From: Octopus bimaculoides
Lineage: Eukaryota
DNA length: 32,137 bases
NCBI RefSeq assembly: GCF_001194135.2
Contig: NC_068984.1
Location: 104,753,824 to 104,785,960 of the forward strand
Direction of reading: 5' to 3'
Position 1 is the first letter of the stretch. Each line of letters opens with the position of its first letter. A program made the position numbers and the translations under genes. The notes under the pieces were generated by a model. That model saw nothing but the letters and a program-made list of their open reading frames with translations. It was not told where the DNA came from and made no database searches. This document shows positions 1 to 10,587 of this stretch, piece after piece.

Positions 1-345
1 CCTGGGAATGACAGCGAAACGGGCTGATTACTACCTAGATCAGATTCCAGGAAACCCCAAAATGGCTGAAGTTCAAAAGATAGTGCTCATGGGAACTGCC
101 CATATCCTACGTAAAATACTGTCTATGTGATCTCAAATTTTAAAGCAAACACATAATTTTCTTATGGTTTCTTAAACATTCACTTGAACAAAACTGTACA
201 AATCCAAATATATGGTACCCTAGGCATAACACCTACATGAACTTCTAACTTGTTGTCTCTTGAGGTCTCTGGGTGAGACTTGGATCCAACTTGTACAAAT
301 GCAAAACAAAAGTCAAACATAAAATAATAATAATAATAATAACAA
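1..345 (+). mobile_element. 3' end of an R4/Dong-like (RLE-type) non-LTR retrotransposon, cut by the window start
   Basis: Frame 2-130 reads LGMTAKRADYYLDQIPGNPKMAEVQKIVLMGTAHILRKILSM*, matching the C-terminal QKxxLxGTAxILRxxL signature of R4/Dong-type ORFs. A ~190-bp 3' UTR and (AAT)n tail follow. Confidence 0.75.
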
Positions 346-378
346 TAATAATAATAGTAATAATAATAGTAATAATAA
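323..378 (+). repeat. (AAT)n microsatellite / retroelement tail
   Basis: Imperfect AAT array read directly. Confidence 0.95.
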
Positions 379-380
379 CG

Positions 381-543
381 ATCCTTTCTAAATTTGGCAC
401 AAGGCCAGCAATTTTAAGTGGAGAAGAAGAAGTTGAATACATCAATCCCAGTGTTAAACCAGTACTTGTTTATTGACCCTGAAAGGTCAGAACATAAAAT
501 GCTGGAAGAAATGCTGCTAAACATTTTGTCCAGCTTGCTGCTT
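381..543 (-). mobile_element. tRNA-derived SINE family A, internally deleted copy
   Basis: Shares ATCCTTTCTA...GGCACAAGG...AGTACTT...TTTATTGACCCTGAAAGG with the copies at 554-772 and 806-1010. Confidence 0.7.
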
Positions 544-553
544 TAATAATAAT

Positions 554-772
554 AATGGTTCCAATTTTGGTACAAGGCCAACAATTTCAGGGGAGGGTGT
601 AAGTCGACAACATTGACCCTGCCCAATGTTCAATTGGTACTTATTTTATTGGCCTTGAAAGGATGAAAGGCAAAGCCGACCTTGGTAGAATTTGAACTCA
701 GAATGTAAAGACAGACGAAGTACTGCTAAGCATTTTGCCTGGTGTGCTAACAATTCTGCTGGTTTGCCACCT
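554..772 (-). mobile_element. tRNA-derived SINE family A (central domain resembles the Meta/Sauria-type GCCTTTCATCCTT...AGTACC core)
   Basis: Minus strand has a tRNA-like head with B box GAGTTCAAATTC (688-699), then TTTGCCTTTCATCCTTTC...TAAAATAAGTACCA and an (ATT)n tail. Superfamily naming is from memory. Confidence 0.8.
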
Positions 773-805
773 AAAAGAAGAAGAATGACAACAACAATAA
801 TAATA

Positions 806-1010
806 ATCCTTTCTATTATAGGCACAAGGTCTGAAATTTTTGGGTAGGGAGGTAGTTGATTACATCAACCCCAGTGCTTGACAGGTACTTATTTTATCAA
901 TCCTGAAAGGATGAAAGGCAAAGTTGATCAGAGCAAAATTTGAACTCAGGATGGACGAAATACTGCTAAGCATTATGCCTGGTGTGCTAATGATTCTGCT
1001 AGATCACCGC
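806..1010 (-). mobile_element. tRNA-derived SINE family A
   Basis: Collinear with 554-772: GGTACTTATTTTATC...GAAAGGATGAAAGGCAAAG...TTTGAACTCAG...TGCTAAGCAT. Confidence 0.8.
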
Positions 1011-1011
1011 C

Positions 1012-1074
1012 ATAATAATAATAATAGTAATAATAATAATAATAATGATAATAATGATAATAATGATAATAATA
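1012..1074 (+). repeat. (AAT/GAT)n microsatellite
   Basis: Read directly. Confidence 0.95.
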
Positions 1075-1095
1075 GCAACAAAAAAAAAAAAAATA

Positions 1096-1556
1096 AAGAG
1101 ATGATAACACCACCAGTATTGTGCACTGGAAGTTGTACAAGAAACATAAGCATAGCAGAAAAGAAAGGTGGTATGAGTACCAATATAACCTAGCGGTAAA
1201 GTCAGAAGCTCTTTTGGGACTTCAACATCGAAAGTGATTACAAAATCTGAATATTGTTACTGTTTGGAAAAGAGAAAAGACGTTACTGATAATTGATATA
1301 GCATCACTAGGGAATAAGAAAGAGGGTGTAAAAAGAGAAAGATTAAAGGTTATCAAAATATGAAGAGAGATGTTTACAAAATGTGGGCATGAAAAAGGTT
1401 GGAATGATAGCAGTATTAATGTACCTTGGGGATGGTAACAACTGAAATAGAAATATGGATTGAGAAATTTGAGACTGAGGTGCATGTAGAAATTCTTCAG
1501 AAGCTGGTGCTGTCAGGAACAGCCCAATTTTAAGGAAGGTTCATGAAATATAAAGG
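1096..1556 (+). pseudogene. Degenerate R4/Dong-like LINE C-terminus (RLE endonuclease region)
   Basis: Frameshifted reading from 1103: DNTTSIVHWKLYKKHKHSRKERWYEY ... LLIIDIAS ... KIKGYQ ... ILQKLVLSGTA...RKVHEI*. This fits the HD..IVHWKL / WYE / IID / KxY / LQK..L.GTA motifs of RLE-bearing LINEs. Confidence 0.7.
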
Positions 1557-1681
1557 AAGAAAGAAATGCTGAGGAAACTTCAGTCATTCATTATTACTTA
1601 CCCTCTCAAAATAAAGAATTGGTATAAGATCAGCTTGTTGAAATGGCTTTGATGGTAATGATGATAAGAACAACATTAATA

Positions 1682-1930
1682 ATGGTTCTAAATTTTGCTA
1701 CAAGGGCAACAATTTTGGCGAAGGGGATGAGTTGATTACATCACNNNNNNNNNNNNNNNNNNNNNNNNNNNNNNNNNCCCAGTGTTCAACTGGTACTTAT
1801 TTTATCGATCTTGAAGGGATGAAAGGCAAAGTTGATCTCAGAAGAATTCAAACTCAGAATGTAAAGATGGACGAAATGCTGCTATGCATTCCATCTGGCA
1901 TGCTAATGATTCTGTCAGCTTGCTGCCTTC
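1682..1930 (-). mobile_element. tRNA-derived SINE family A (contains a 33-N gap)
   Basis: CTGGTACTTATTTTATCGATCTTGAAGGGATGAAAGGCAAAG...AATTCAAACTCAG, collinear with the other copies. Confidence 0.8.
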
Positions 1931-1940
1931 AGAACAACAT

Positions 1941-2330
1941 TCATCATCATCATCATCGTCGTTTAACGTCCGCTTTCCATGCTAGCATGGGTTGGATGAT
2001 TTGACTGAGGACTGGTGGACCAGATGGCTACACCAGTCTCCAATCTGATTTAGCAGAGTTTCTACAGCTGGATGCCCTTCCTAACGCCAACCACTCTGAG
2101 AGTGTAGTGGGTGCTTTTACGTGCCACTGGCACGAAGGCCAGTCAGGCGATACTGGCAACGCCCATGCTTGAAATGGTGTATTTTACGTGCCACCTGCAC
2201 AGGGGCCAGTCCAGCAGTACTGGCAATGAACTCGCTTGAATGTCTTTTCACGTGTCACTGGCACAAGTGCCAGGAAGGTGACGTTAGTAATGATCACGCT
2301 CAAATGGTGCTATTTACGTGCCACCAGCAT
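1941..2330 (-). mobile_element. RTE-type LINE 3' UTR and (GAT)n tail
   Basis: CATCATCATCGTCGTTTAACGTCCGCTTTCCATGCTAGCATGGGTTGG... is nearly identical to 11424-11610 and homologous to the tail of the RTE LINE at 31500-31652. Confidence 0.85.
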
Positions 2331-2346
2331 AACACAATAGTAATAA

Positions 2347-2558
2347 TAATCCTTTCCAATTTTAGCACGAGGCCAGCAATTTTAAAGGCAAGGGGACTGC
2401 CTGATTATATCACCTCAGTCTTTGACAGGTACTTAATTATTGATCTCTGGAAGATGAAAGTTGACCTTGGCAGAATTTAAGCTCAGCACATAAAGAGCTA
2501 GAAGAAATGCCAATAAGTATTTTGTCCAACACACAAATGATTCTGGCAGCTAGCTACC
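2347..2558 (-). mobile_element. tRNA-derived SINE family A, degraded
   Basis: Same module order as 554-772. Confidence 0.7.
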
Positions 2559-2562
2559 AGAT

Positions 2563-2778
2563 ACTGTTTCATATTTTGGCATATGACCAGGAATTTTAAG
2601 TGGGGTGGTTGGTCAATTAGATCAGTCCTAGTACTTCACTGATATATTATTTTATTGATCTCAAAAAGATGAAAGGCGAAGTAGATCTTTGCAGGATTTG
2701 AACTGAGAACATAAAGAGTCAAAACAAATACTACAATGCATTTTTTTAGATATTCTAATGACACTGCTAATCCACTGT
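2563..2778 (-). mobile_element. tRNA-derived SINE family A, degraded
   Basis: GATGAAAGGCGAAG...GGATTTGAACTGAGAAC matches the family core and B box. Confidence 0.65.
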
Positions 2779-2922
2779 TACATCATAATCATCATTATGA
2801 TTATTATCATTATGATTATTATTATTATTATTATTATTTACTTTTGATCTGCATGTTTGTTCCAGTCACTTGTTCAGATACACCCAGTGTCCTGGGGCAA
2901 GTGAAGGATACTTTACTTGACT

Positions 2923-3033
2923 TGGTAAATTAAGTACCAGTGAAACATTGGAGTTGATGTAATCGACTAGTCCCCTCCCCACAAATTTCAAGCTTTGTGC
3001 CTTCAGTAGAAAGGATTCTTCTTGTTCTTGTTC

Positions 3034-3035
<2 letters not shown>
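2923..3035 (+). mobile_element. 3' half of SINE family A
   Basis: TAAATTAAGTACCAG...AATCGACTAGTCCCCTCCCC...TTGTGCCTTCAGTAGAAAGGATT is the reverse complement of the family tail. Confidence 0.7.
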
Positions 3036-3075
<40 letters not shown>

Positions 3076-3153
3076 TTTAAAAAAAGGATTGACGTAACTC
3101 TTCACGAAGGTAAATAGTCAAAACGAAGAGCGCGATTTTAGATGTTTTATTTT

Positions 3154-3196
3154 TTGAACAACATTTCGACAGAACGTCTGTCTTTCTCAAGTTCAA
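3154..3196 (-). ncRNA. Minimal type I hammerhead ribozyme, U3-A8 variant
   Basis: Minus strand: TTGAAC TTGAGAA A GACAGA-CGT-TCTGTC GAAA TG TT GTTCAA. Stem I (6 bp) and stem II (6 bp) are perfect, core UUGAGAA...GAAA, GUU cleavage triplet. Confidence 0.7.
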
Positions 3197-3342
3197 ACCA
3201 AAAGGTGATTGAAAATTCAAAATTTCAGAAACCAAACGTAGACTATGAACGTGAGTAATCAGCGTCCATACGTTGATAGAATGACATCATCAGCTTTTGT
3301 CAGTTTTTTAATAAGCAGAAAGAAAGAAAGAAAAAGGAAGAC

Positions 3343-3715
3343 NNNNNNNNNNNNNNNNNNNNNNNNNNNNNNNNNNNNNNNNNNNNNNNNNNNNNNNNNN
3401 NNNNNNNNNNNNNNNNNNNNNNNNNNNNNNNNNNNNNNNNNNNNNNNNNNNNNNNNNNNNNNNNNNNNNNNNNNNNNNNNNNNNNNNNNNNNNNNNNNNN
3501 NNNNNNNNNNNNNNNNNNNNNNNNNNNNNNNNNNNNNNNNNNNNNNNNNNNNNNNNNNNNNNNNNNNNNNNNNNNNNNNNNNNNNNNNNNNNNNNNNNNN
3601 NNNNNNNNNNNNNNNNNNNNNNNNNNNNNNNNNNNNNNNNNNNNNNNNNNNNNNNNNNNNNNNNNNNNNNNNNNNNNNNNNNNNNNNNNNNNNNNNNNNN
3701 NNNNNNNNNNNNNNN
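3343..3715. other. Assembly gap (373 N); other gaps at 1745-1777, 7776-7785, 11767-11776 and 17689-18014
   Basis: N runs read directly. Confidence 1.
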
Positions 3716-4031
3716 TCCGTCGAAAGGCTACAATGGGCGGCTGAGGAAATGTTTGTTTGAAACTGGGATATTTTTTCACCACATGTTGGTAACTTTCATG
3801 CAACACTTTTGAAATGCCAGCGAAACGTCGGTGCCAGTTAATCACTAAAGGAATTCTGTAATCTGTTGTATTTTGTTTGCTAAGATTAGGCATGTAGGTT
3901 TTACTATCTTTGCTAATCTTAGCTATTTCACTTGCTATTTCCTTTAAACGTGATTCACTGTAACCTCGTTTAACATAATGACATACAAAAGCATTTGCAT
4001 GTTTCCAGTAATAATAATAATAATAATAATA

Positions 4032-4596
4032 CCAGGCAGTGGCTCGCATGGCTTCTCATCTTAACTGATTGGAAGTGTTATCATGTACATTGTTTTGTCT
4101 TGGTATAAAAGATGTTTTGTCTTGGTGTAAAAGATTGTTTTGTCATGGTATAAAATATTCTGCTCAATATCACAAATTTGCTTGTCAGTTGTTTGACTTT
4201 AACCAGTTGAGCATGTCCCTTAGCAGCTGATGATATATGCATCTCTGATCATGAGTGGAAGTAGTGGGAGAGCATCATAGTCATTCATGTGTTGAGAGGA
4301 AAGCTTTGGGGTTTGGATAATTCACCTCTGGAAACATGTATTTTATTCAACATCCTTAACCCTTACTCAGGGACCTTTTGAGCAGGATGGGCTACTTGAC
4401 CTGAAGAAAATTCTAACTGCCCCCCCCCCCACCTGCAAGCTCATGTGCTGTTAATCTTGATATGAGATCACCATGTCGCACACATATGGTTGTGATGCCT
4501 GGTCTATCCTTATCAAACAGGTAGTCACGATGGGTGTACTGGGCTTCGTATATTTTACCCCAGTGTCACTTTGATGGCATGCACTACTCTCTCACT
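4032..4596. mobile_element. Unclassified ~565-bp interspersed repeat bounded by (AAT)n
   Basis: More GC-rich island flanked on both sides by AAT arrays (4009-4031, 4597-4618), no coding signature, internal 22-bp triplication. Repeat status is inferred. Confidence 0.45.
4091..4155 (+). repeat. Three tandem copies of a ~22-bp unit (TGTTTTGTCTTGGTATAAAAGA)
   Basis: Units start at 4091, 4113 and 4136. Confidence 0.9.
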
Positions 4597-4619
4597 CAAT
4601 AATAATAATAATAATAATC

Positions 4620-4900
4620 GTACACCCATTTAACCCACAAATAGTTAAAAAGGAGGTGAAAATATAGGCGTACACAATATCCTTAAATACAAGATAGCCT
4701 GACTGTGGAAGATGAAAAAAGGTGAAAATAGTGCTAGTTATTGTTGGGTCCTTAGGAACAGTGTCAGAAGACATCAAGAGGAATATAAAGGAAATTGGAG
4801 AAGAATGACCAGTAGAGCTGTTACAAAAGGATTTCTTCCTTGGCACAGTCAGAATAATCAGTAGAGTTCTAGATAGTTGAAAAGAACAGATAGCATGTTG
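4620..4900 (+). pseudogene. Degenerate R4/Dong-like LINE C-terminus
   Basis: ..LWKMKKVKIVLVIVGSLGTVSEDIKRNIKEIGEE*PVELLQKDFFLGTVRIISRVLDS* shows the same terminal RLE signature. Confidence 0.7.
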
Positions 4901-6276
4901 CTGTAGGCTGCAAGTAGCAAGCCTGCTACACATGCAAGACTCTAGGAGTGCCTGAAGTTAAAAAGAAAAAAAATAATAATAAGGATGATATCTGTCATGT
5001 TGAAATTTTAAGCTCTTTAAACTGTAATATACAGTGGGTATTGAAGCAGTGTGTTGAATATTAGATTAAATTTGAACATGATTATGGTAGCAAGACAACT
5101 GAGGACCTATAAACCACTGGGCCACCGAAATTTCACTGATGACTTCAACTAGTCTAACCAGGGTGAATCAACTTTGTGGCATCCATTACTTTCCAAACTA
5201 TATCTGTGGACAATTCAAACTAACCAACCAACAAAATTTCTTATCACTTGGTAAGCTTTCACTATACATGGTATCTACTGATGGTATAGTAGACTGAATC
5301 ATTGTTTGTATGATGTTTTTCTATAACCCAAATGCATGCAAGTGACATCATAAAGACTACCAGCTTTTTGTGTGATATTCTATTATATAATGTGGTTTAT
5401 TCAGTTAAGAAAGAACCTCGTTCGACAGTATAGTACATATGTAGAAAGCAATAAAAGTGTGAAATATTCAATGTCTACAATGTATGTTTCTATAATAAGA
5501 TTCCTAAGTATTTATTTAAAAGGATGATTCAAGAATTGATATGGTAAGAAGAAGCAAGAACAGTAGGCAGGGACGTTTTTGTTGAAGTTCAATTTCTAAG
5601 TTTATTCTTATTGGGAGTGGAAACTGTGGTGAGGAAGAAAATGATTCTATCCATGATTCTTACAGTTTTAGTTGTGTTTGACTATATAAACTGCTCTATT
5701 TTTCTCTGAAAAACCTAAAACATTATTTTGTATGTCTTTTGTGTAAACATTTGGAATGTGAAAAAGAGTTGAAGCATTTCTGATACAACCATTCTTGTCC
5801 AGAAATTCAATCTAATATTCCTTCATATACAATTCAGATCAAAACAAATCTTATCTTCACCAAAACAGAGCTTATTTAGTAAATAATTTAATGAGAACCT
5901 ATAAAATATAGTTTTATTACTTCTTCCATGATCTGGCTCTTTCCTGTTTACAAAGGAAATCAGGAAGTGAGTACTTAAAAAGCGTCAGGAATTTTCTTAA
6001 TGAATAATTTATTAGATATTACTATCGAATAAATGTGAAGAATGAATCTTGGATAAAGGAAATGAAAAATATGGCACCAAAAATTTACACCTTCAATCTT
6101 GTTCCAGTCACCATTATAGTGATCACCGGTTATATATAAAATATAAAACTACTCCAGACATGCAACATCATTTATCATTCTGCGTTCGATGAATTCATAC
6201 ATCCTGCTAAGCTGACCATTCTATTCCCCTTTCCCTAGCTAAATTTCTTTTGACATGGTTGTTTAATACATAATAG

Positions 6277-6595
6277 CTGTGTGGTTGAGAAATTTGTGTG
6301 TATATATGTGTATATATGTATATGTTTGTGTGTATGTGTTAGTGTCTCTTTTCCATGATATTACATGATAGTTGTAAGCAAGCATCATTATCATGCAATC
6401 TGTGTCCTCCATTACCAATCTTCCATGAAAATATGTCTGACTAGGGTGAAATATTATTAACTTAACTTAGAAGTAGGTGAGGGTTGGTGACAGTAAGGGC
6501 AGCTGGCCATAGAAAATTTGCCTCAATGAATTCCATCATTAAAACATGGAAAAGTGGTAATTAAAATGATGATGATGACAACAATGATGATGATT
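6277..6595 (+). mobile_element. SINE family B with RTE-type tail, degraded
   Basis: Head remnant AGCTGTGTGGTTGAGAA, TG-rich spacer, GGTGAGGGTTGGTGACAGTAAGGGC...CATGGAAAAGTGG..TTAAAATGATGATG tail. Confidence 0.6.
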
Positions 6596-7039
6596 CATAC
6601 TTTGGTAATCATGAAAATTTTAAAAAGTAAATATTTATTTAGAGAAAATAATTTAAGGCAGCAAGTAAATAATAAAATAGCTAAAACAGTCAGGTAATAG
6701 AATATATTAACCAATGAATGTAATTCTTTTTTCTTGGCCAATGGCTAAACTGGTCATTGAATTGTCAAGAAAGAAGAAAGATATATCGAATTCTTTGCCA
6801 CTTTGAGATTCTATCTTTTGTAAATGTTAGCACCCCATAATTTTCTGCAATTACTTAGAATCTGAGAAATAGGTTCCACTATAATGTGTGCATGTGCATG
6901 TGTGAGTGAGTGTGTATGTATGCATATGTATATGTGTGTATATATACATATATGTTTATATATACACACACAAAAACATAGAAACATACATACATGCATA
7001 TATATAATAGAAAATTGGCAAAGTTGTCAGAGAAGGAGA

Positions 7040-7360
7040 TGAAATTCTTTATGGTTTTAGTTTGGGGGAAGGGTTTAGTTAATAACATTGACCCCAATAT
7101 TCAGCTGGTACTTTGTTTTATTGACCCCCACCAAAAAATGAACAGTAAAGTTGATCTCAGTGGGATTTCAACTTAGAATATAAAAAGCTGGAGGAAATGC
7201 CACAAAGCAATTTTTCTGGTGCTCTGATGATTCTGGCTGACACAAGGACAGCAATTTTAGGAGTAGAGTGTTAGTTGATTACATTGATCCCAATACTCAA
7301 TTGGTAGTTAGTTTTATGAATCTCAAAACGAATGTAAGGCAAAGTTAACCTCAGCAGGAA
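7040..7360 (-). mobile_element. Two degraded SINE family A copies in tandem
   Basis: ACATTGACCCC...GGTACTT...AAAGTTGATCTC and TTACATTGATCCC...GGCAAAGTTAACCTC match the family core. Confidence 0.55.
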
Positions 7361-7420
7361 ATAAACTGACTGTAGACAACTGGAATGTAAGATGCAAAGC
7401 TTTTTCCCCAATGCTTCAGT

Positions 7421-7887
7421 TGTTCTGTTGTTGGCACTCTGTCACTTACGACGTCTAGGGTTCCAGTTGATCCGATCAACAGAACAACCGGCTTGTGAAA
7501 TTAATGTGCAAGTGGCTGAGCACTCCACAGACACGTGTACCCATAATGCAGTTCTCAGGGATATTCAGCGTGACACAGTGTGACAAGGTTGACCCTTTGA
7601 ATTACAGGCACAACAGAAACAGGAAGAGTGAGAGAAAGTTGTGGTGAAGGAGTACAGCAGGGTTCACCGCCATCCCCTGCTGGAGCCTCGTGGAACTTTA
7701 GGTGTTTTCGCTCAATAAACACTCACAACGCCCGGTCTGGGAATCGAAACTGCGATCCTATGACCACGAGTCCGCNNNNNNNNNNGTTTTCGCTCAATAA
7801 ACACTCACAACGCCCGGTCTGGGAATCGAAACTGCGATCCTATGACCACGAGTCCGCTGCCCTAACCACTGGGCCATTGTGCCTCCA
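7421..7887 (-). mobile_element. tRNA-derived SINE family C, relatively young
   Basis: Minus-strand head GGAGGCACAATGGCCCAGTGGTTAGGGCAGCGG...GTTTCGATTCCCAG with A box TGGCCCAGTGG and B box GTTTCGATTCC, CpG-rich body. Contains a 10-N gap with a 72-bp duplicated flank. Confidence 0.8.
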
Positions 7888-7899
7888 CTCAGTTGTTCT

Positions 7900-8100
7900 A
7901 CCAGCTCCTAATAAGCAAGTTTCTAAGTGGTTATTCACTCTGCTAGAAATAGCAGTCGATTGTCCTCAAATCATGTCTAAAAAGGGAAAGACACAGTCAA
8001 TAAGGTCATCCTGGATATATAAAATGGGATGGCTATAGTTGGAATACCTTTAATAACTAGTCTGCTTGATGAGATTGGACACGGAGATAAGCAACAACAA
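7900..8100. mobile_element. Unclassified SINE-like repeat family D
   Basis: Reverse-complement similarity to 12345-12590 and 25160-25385 (AAAGGTATTCCA / AAAAGTATTCCA, AGCAGAC, TTTAAGATGGTAGG-like motifs). Strongly degraded. Confidence 0.4.
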
Positions 8101-9182
8101 AAATAACAATGACAACATTATAGTATGTTTACTTCCATAGCAATGAAACACAATGAACTTAGTTAACCTAAAATAAAAAGATAATCGCTAATAACACTGA
8201 TTGCTGTTTAAAACTAATGTCGACAGTCTTTGTTTACCAGCAGCATTACTGAAAATGTTAGTTACAATCAATATTATAATATGTTAACAAACAATACTCC
8301 AGAAGATGTTAAGTTCTATAATAGAATGTATTAATCAATAATATAAAATATACTATGATATTGTAGAAGCACTCAAGAACTAAAGAATATTCAAACAAAT
8401 TAAATTATATAAGAGACACCAAGAGACATTCATAAGAAAAAAAAAAGTCAATTCAAAATTGCCAAGGGACACTTGTTAAGAATAATTCTTTCCAAATTGG
8501 TTGCAGTGTTTGTCCCTGATTTCTTGGCCTCTGATGTTTTAGAATTAATTTAATTATTTTAATTTTTACATTTTTATAGTATTATTATCAAAGCCATTTC
8601 TGCCTCGTTTTATATTCTTTTCCAGTATTTAAAAACAAATAAGAAAAGACAATTTGAATTGTTGTTTATAAGATATTGAATTATTTATTAGGACTTTATA
8701 AATTATGGATCTATAAACGTTAGCAGCTGGATTTTAGTGTCATTTTTCATGTTTAACCATGTTTTATATTTAATGGAAAAAATAGTGAGATGGTTTAACT
8801 CTTCACTTTTCTTCTGAAGAAGGATTAAGATGGTGCAAGCTATCTTCTCATGGTTATTTTGAACTAAGTTGAAAACAAAACGTCTTATTGTGTTCAATAT
8901 TTAGAGAAAGATATAATCAACACCAGTATTGAAAAAGCCAATATAAAACGATAAAGATAAGAACAACAGGAAGACAGTTTATTTTGAAAGTTGTTTGAAT
9001 AATTTGTTTGCATTTTGCTTTGAAGTTATATTTTATATGCAAGGGTTGTCTTGAAAGTAATGCAAAAGTGGGTATAGTTTTTTTTATTGATTGACATAGG
9101 GTGTTCAAATAGTACATGTTGGTAAGTAGAGTAATTCTTGTTATAAAATAACTATTCTTCCTATTCTTTTAATTGCAAGCAA

Positions 9183-9610
9183 ATGATGGATTCCAAGTAG
9201 AAGCAACATGCGATCATTGAGCTCTTGTTAAAGAGGGTTGCAGGCTGCCCAACATCCATAGAAGGATACAGGCTGCTTATGGAAGTGGCACTATGGACAA
9301 AAGCAAAGGGCACAAATAAATGGAAAAAATTTATGAAAGGAGAAGCCAGCATTGCAGACAAACCATGTGGTGAGATGCCAACAACTCTGACCACTGACAT
9401 GAATCACCAGCATGTGGATGAATTGATTTGCATGGACAGATGAATCACAATGTGTGAGTTTGCTACACAACTGGACTGTGTCACAATGCATTAAAGAAGA
9501 TAGTGGAGAACTCTGGATATCAGAAAGTGTACAAATTGGGTACCTCAGCAGTTGACATCCAGAAAGATATAAGTCTGCTCTGATCTGCTGGAACTGCTTG
9601 AAACCAATGA
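9183..9610 (+). pseudogene. Mariner-type transposase N-terminal relic
   Basis: Frameshifted MDSK*KQHAIIELL-VKEGCRLPNIHRRIQAAYG...KGEASIADKP...VDELICMDR*IT...GYQKV..VPQQLT, matching the mariner HTH region and WVPxxLT motif. Confidence 0.75.
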
Positions 9611-10019
9611 AGACAAAAATTTGAGAAAATATGGCATTTTAGCAAGTTAGCCTCTATCCAATGTGATTCAATGTAGTTTTTTTAAATGTTCCTGGGGGAA
9701 TTTTTGTTGACTTCAGGTTATCTTTGAGCTTGTATATGAGCCATAGTCTTCTTATGCTTCTCCTTCCATCATAAAGTTGGCTATACATAATTCAATTAAT
9801 TGGAATTCAATTAAAATGGATTAGTCATGTCAGAATGACAACATGATCAATCCATCTTAATTGAGATTGCAAAAGTGGGGACACAATACCATCAATTTTA
9901 CATTTAGAGAATGAGTTAATATTTGAAATTTGGTCATTCAAGCTGTGTCCACAAATGATCCAAAGACATTGCTTATGAAAGATATCAAACTAGTTGATAT
10001 TTGATCAATAGGGCACCAA

Positions 10020-10587
10020 GTTTCTTATCTAACCATCTATTACTCTCCTCTCACACTCTTATGATACTACTTTCTCTCTTCCTTACCCTGTCACATTGGC
10101 CATATTCTCTTTAATGCCCACCTTCTCGTACTTTGAGAGTTTGCTCTGGTACCACATCACTACCATCTTTATCTTCTTCTGGCAACTGCTGCCCACCCTT
10201 ATACACTGTTGGGGAGCCATGCATCTCTTCTAGAGCAAGACACCTGTGCTTGTCTCTCCATTGTACTTAAGCTTCTTAGCACCTAGCATAAAAACATCTC
10301 CCCTCCCAAATATTCCCCCAACTTAGTTGTGGGGCTTTTTCCCCTTTCCCTATTTTCTCACTGTTTTCTTTGTATCTTCAATTTACTTGGCAATCTCACT
10401 AGTGCCAGTGACACTCCCCACAAGAAAAAAAATCACCAAGTAATCACTGTCAAATGGTTGGCAGTAGGAAGGGCATCAAACTGTAGAAACCATACCGAAG
10501 CTTGATGCAGCTCTGTGGATTGCCAGATCTTTTCAAACTGTCCAACTCATGCCAACATAGAAAATGGATGCTAAAAGAAGATGATGA
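10020..10587 (+). mobile_element. Degraded element with pyrimidine-rich body and RTE-type 3' tail
   Basis: TGGTTGGCAGTAGGAAGGGCATC...ACTGTCCAACTCATGCCAACATAGAAAATGGATGCT matches the tail at 31498-31625. The left boundary is approximate. Confidence 0.55.

Larger units (their letters stand above)
3075..4008 (-). mobile_element. 5'-truncated Penelope-like element (Neptune/Poseidon-type linker), with GIY-YIG region probably inside the N gap
   Basis: 4005-3716 encodes ..KRGYSESRL...RIPLVINWHRRFAGISKVL...FPQPPIVAFRR, the PLE RT-thumb/linker signature. Beyond the 373-N gap lies a non-coding terminal region with a hammerhead motif. (AAT)n arrays flank both sides. Confidence 0.75.

Noticed and set aside
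245-1485. ORFs with poly-I or poly-N runs
   Set aside because: They derive from AAT arrays and SINE or LINE sequence read out of frame.
3283-3295. Other CTGATGA/CTGAAGA words (for example 3287 minus strand, 4227, 5176, 24914)
   Set aside because: None is followed by a stem II and GAAA.
7704-7857. Exact 72-bp direct repeat inside SINE family C
   Set aside because: The copies (7704-7775, 7786-7857) flank a 10-N gap, typical of overlapping contig ends.
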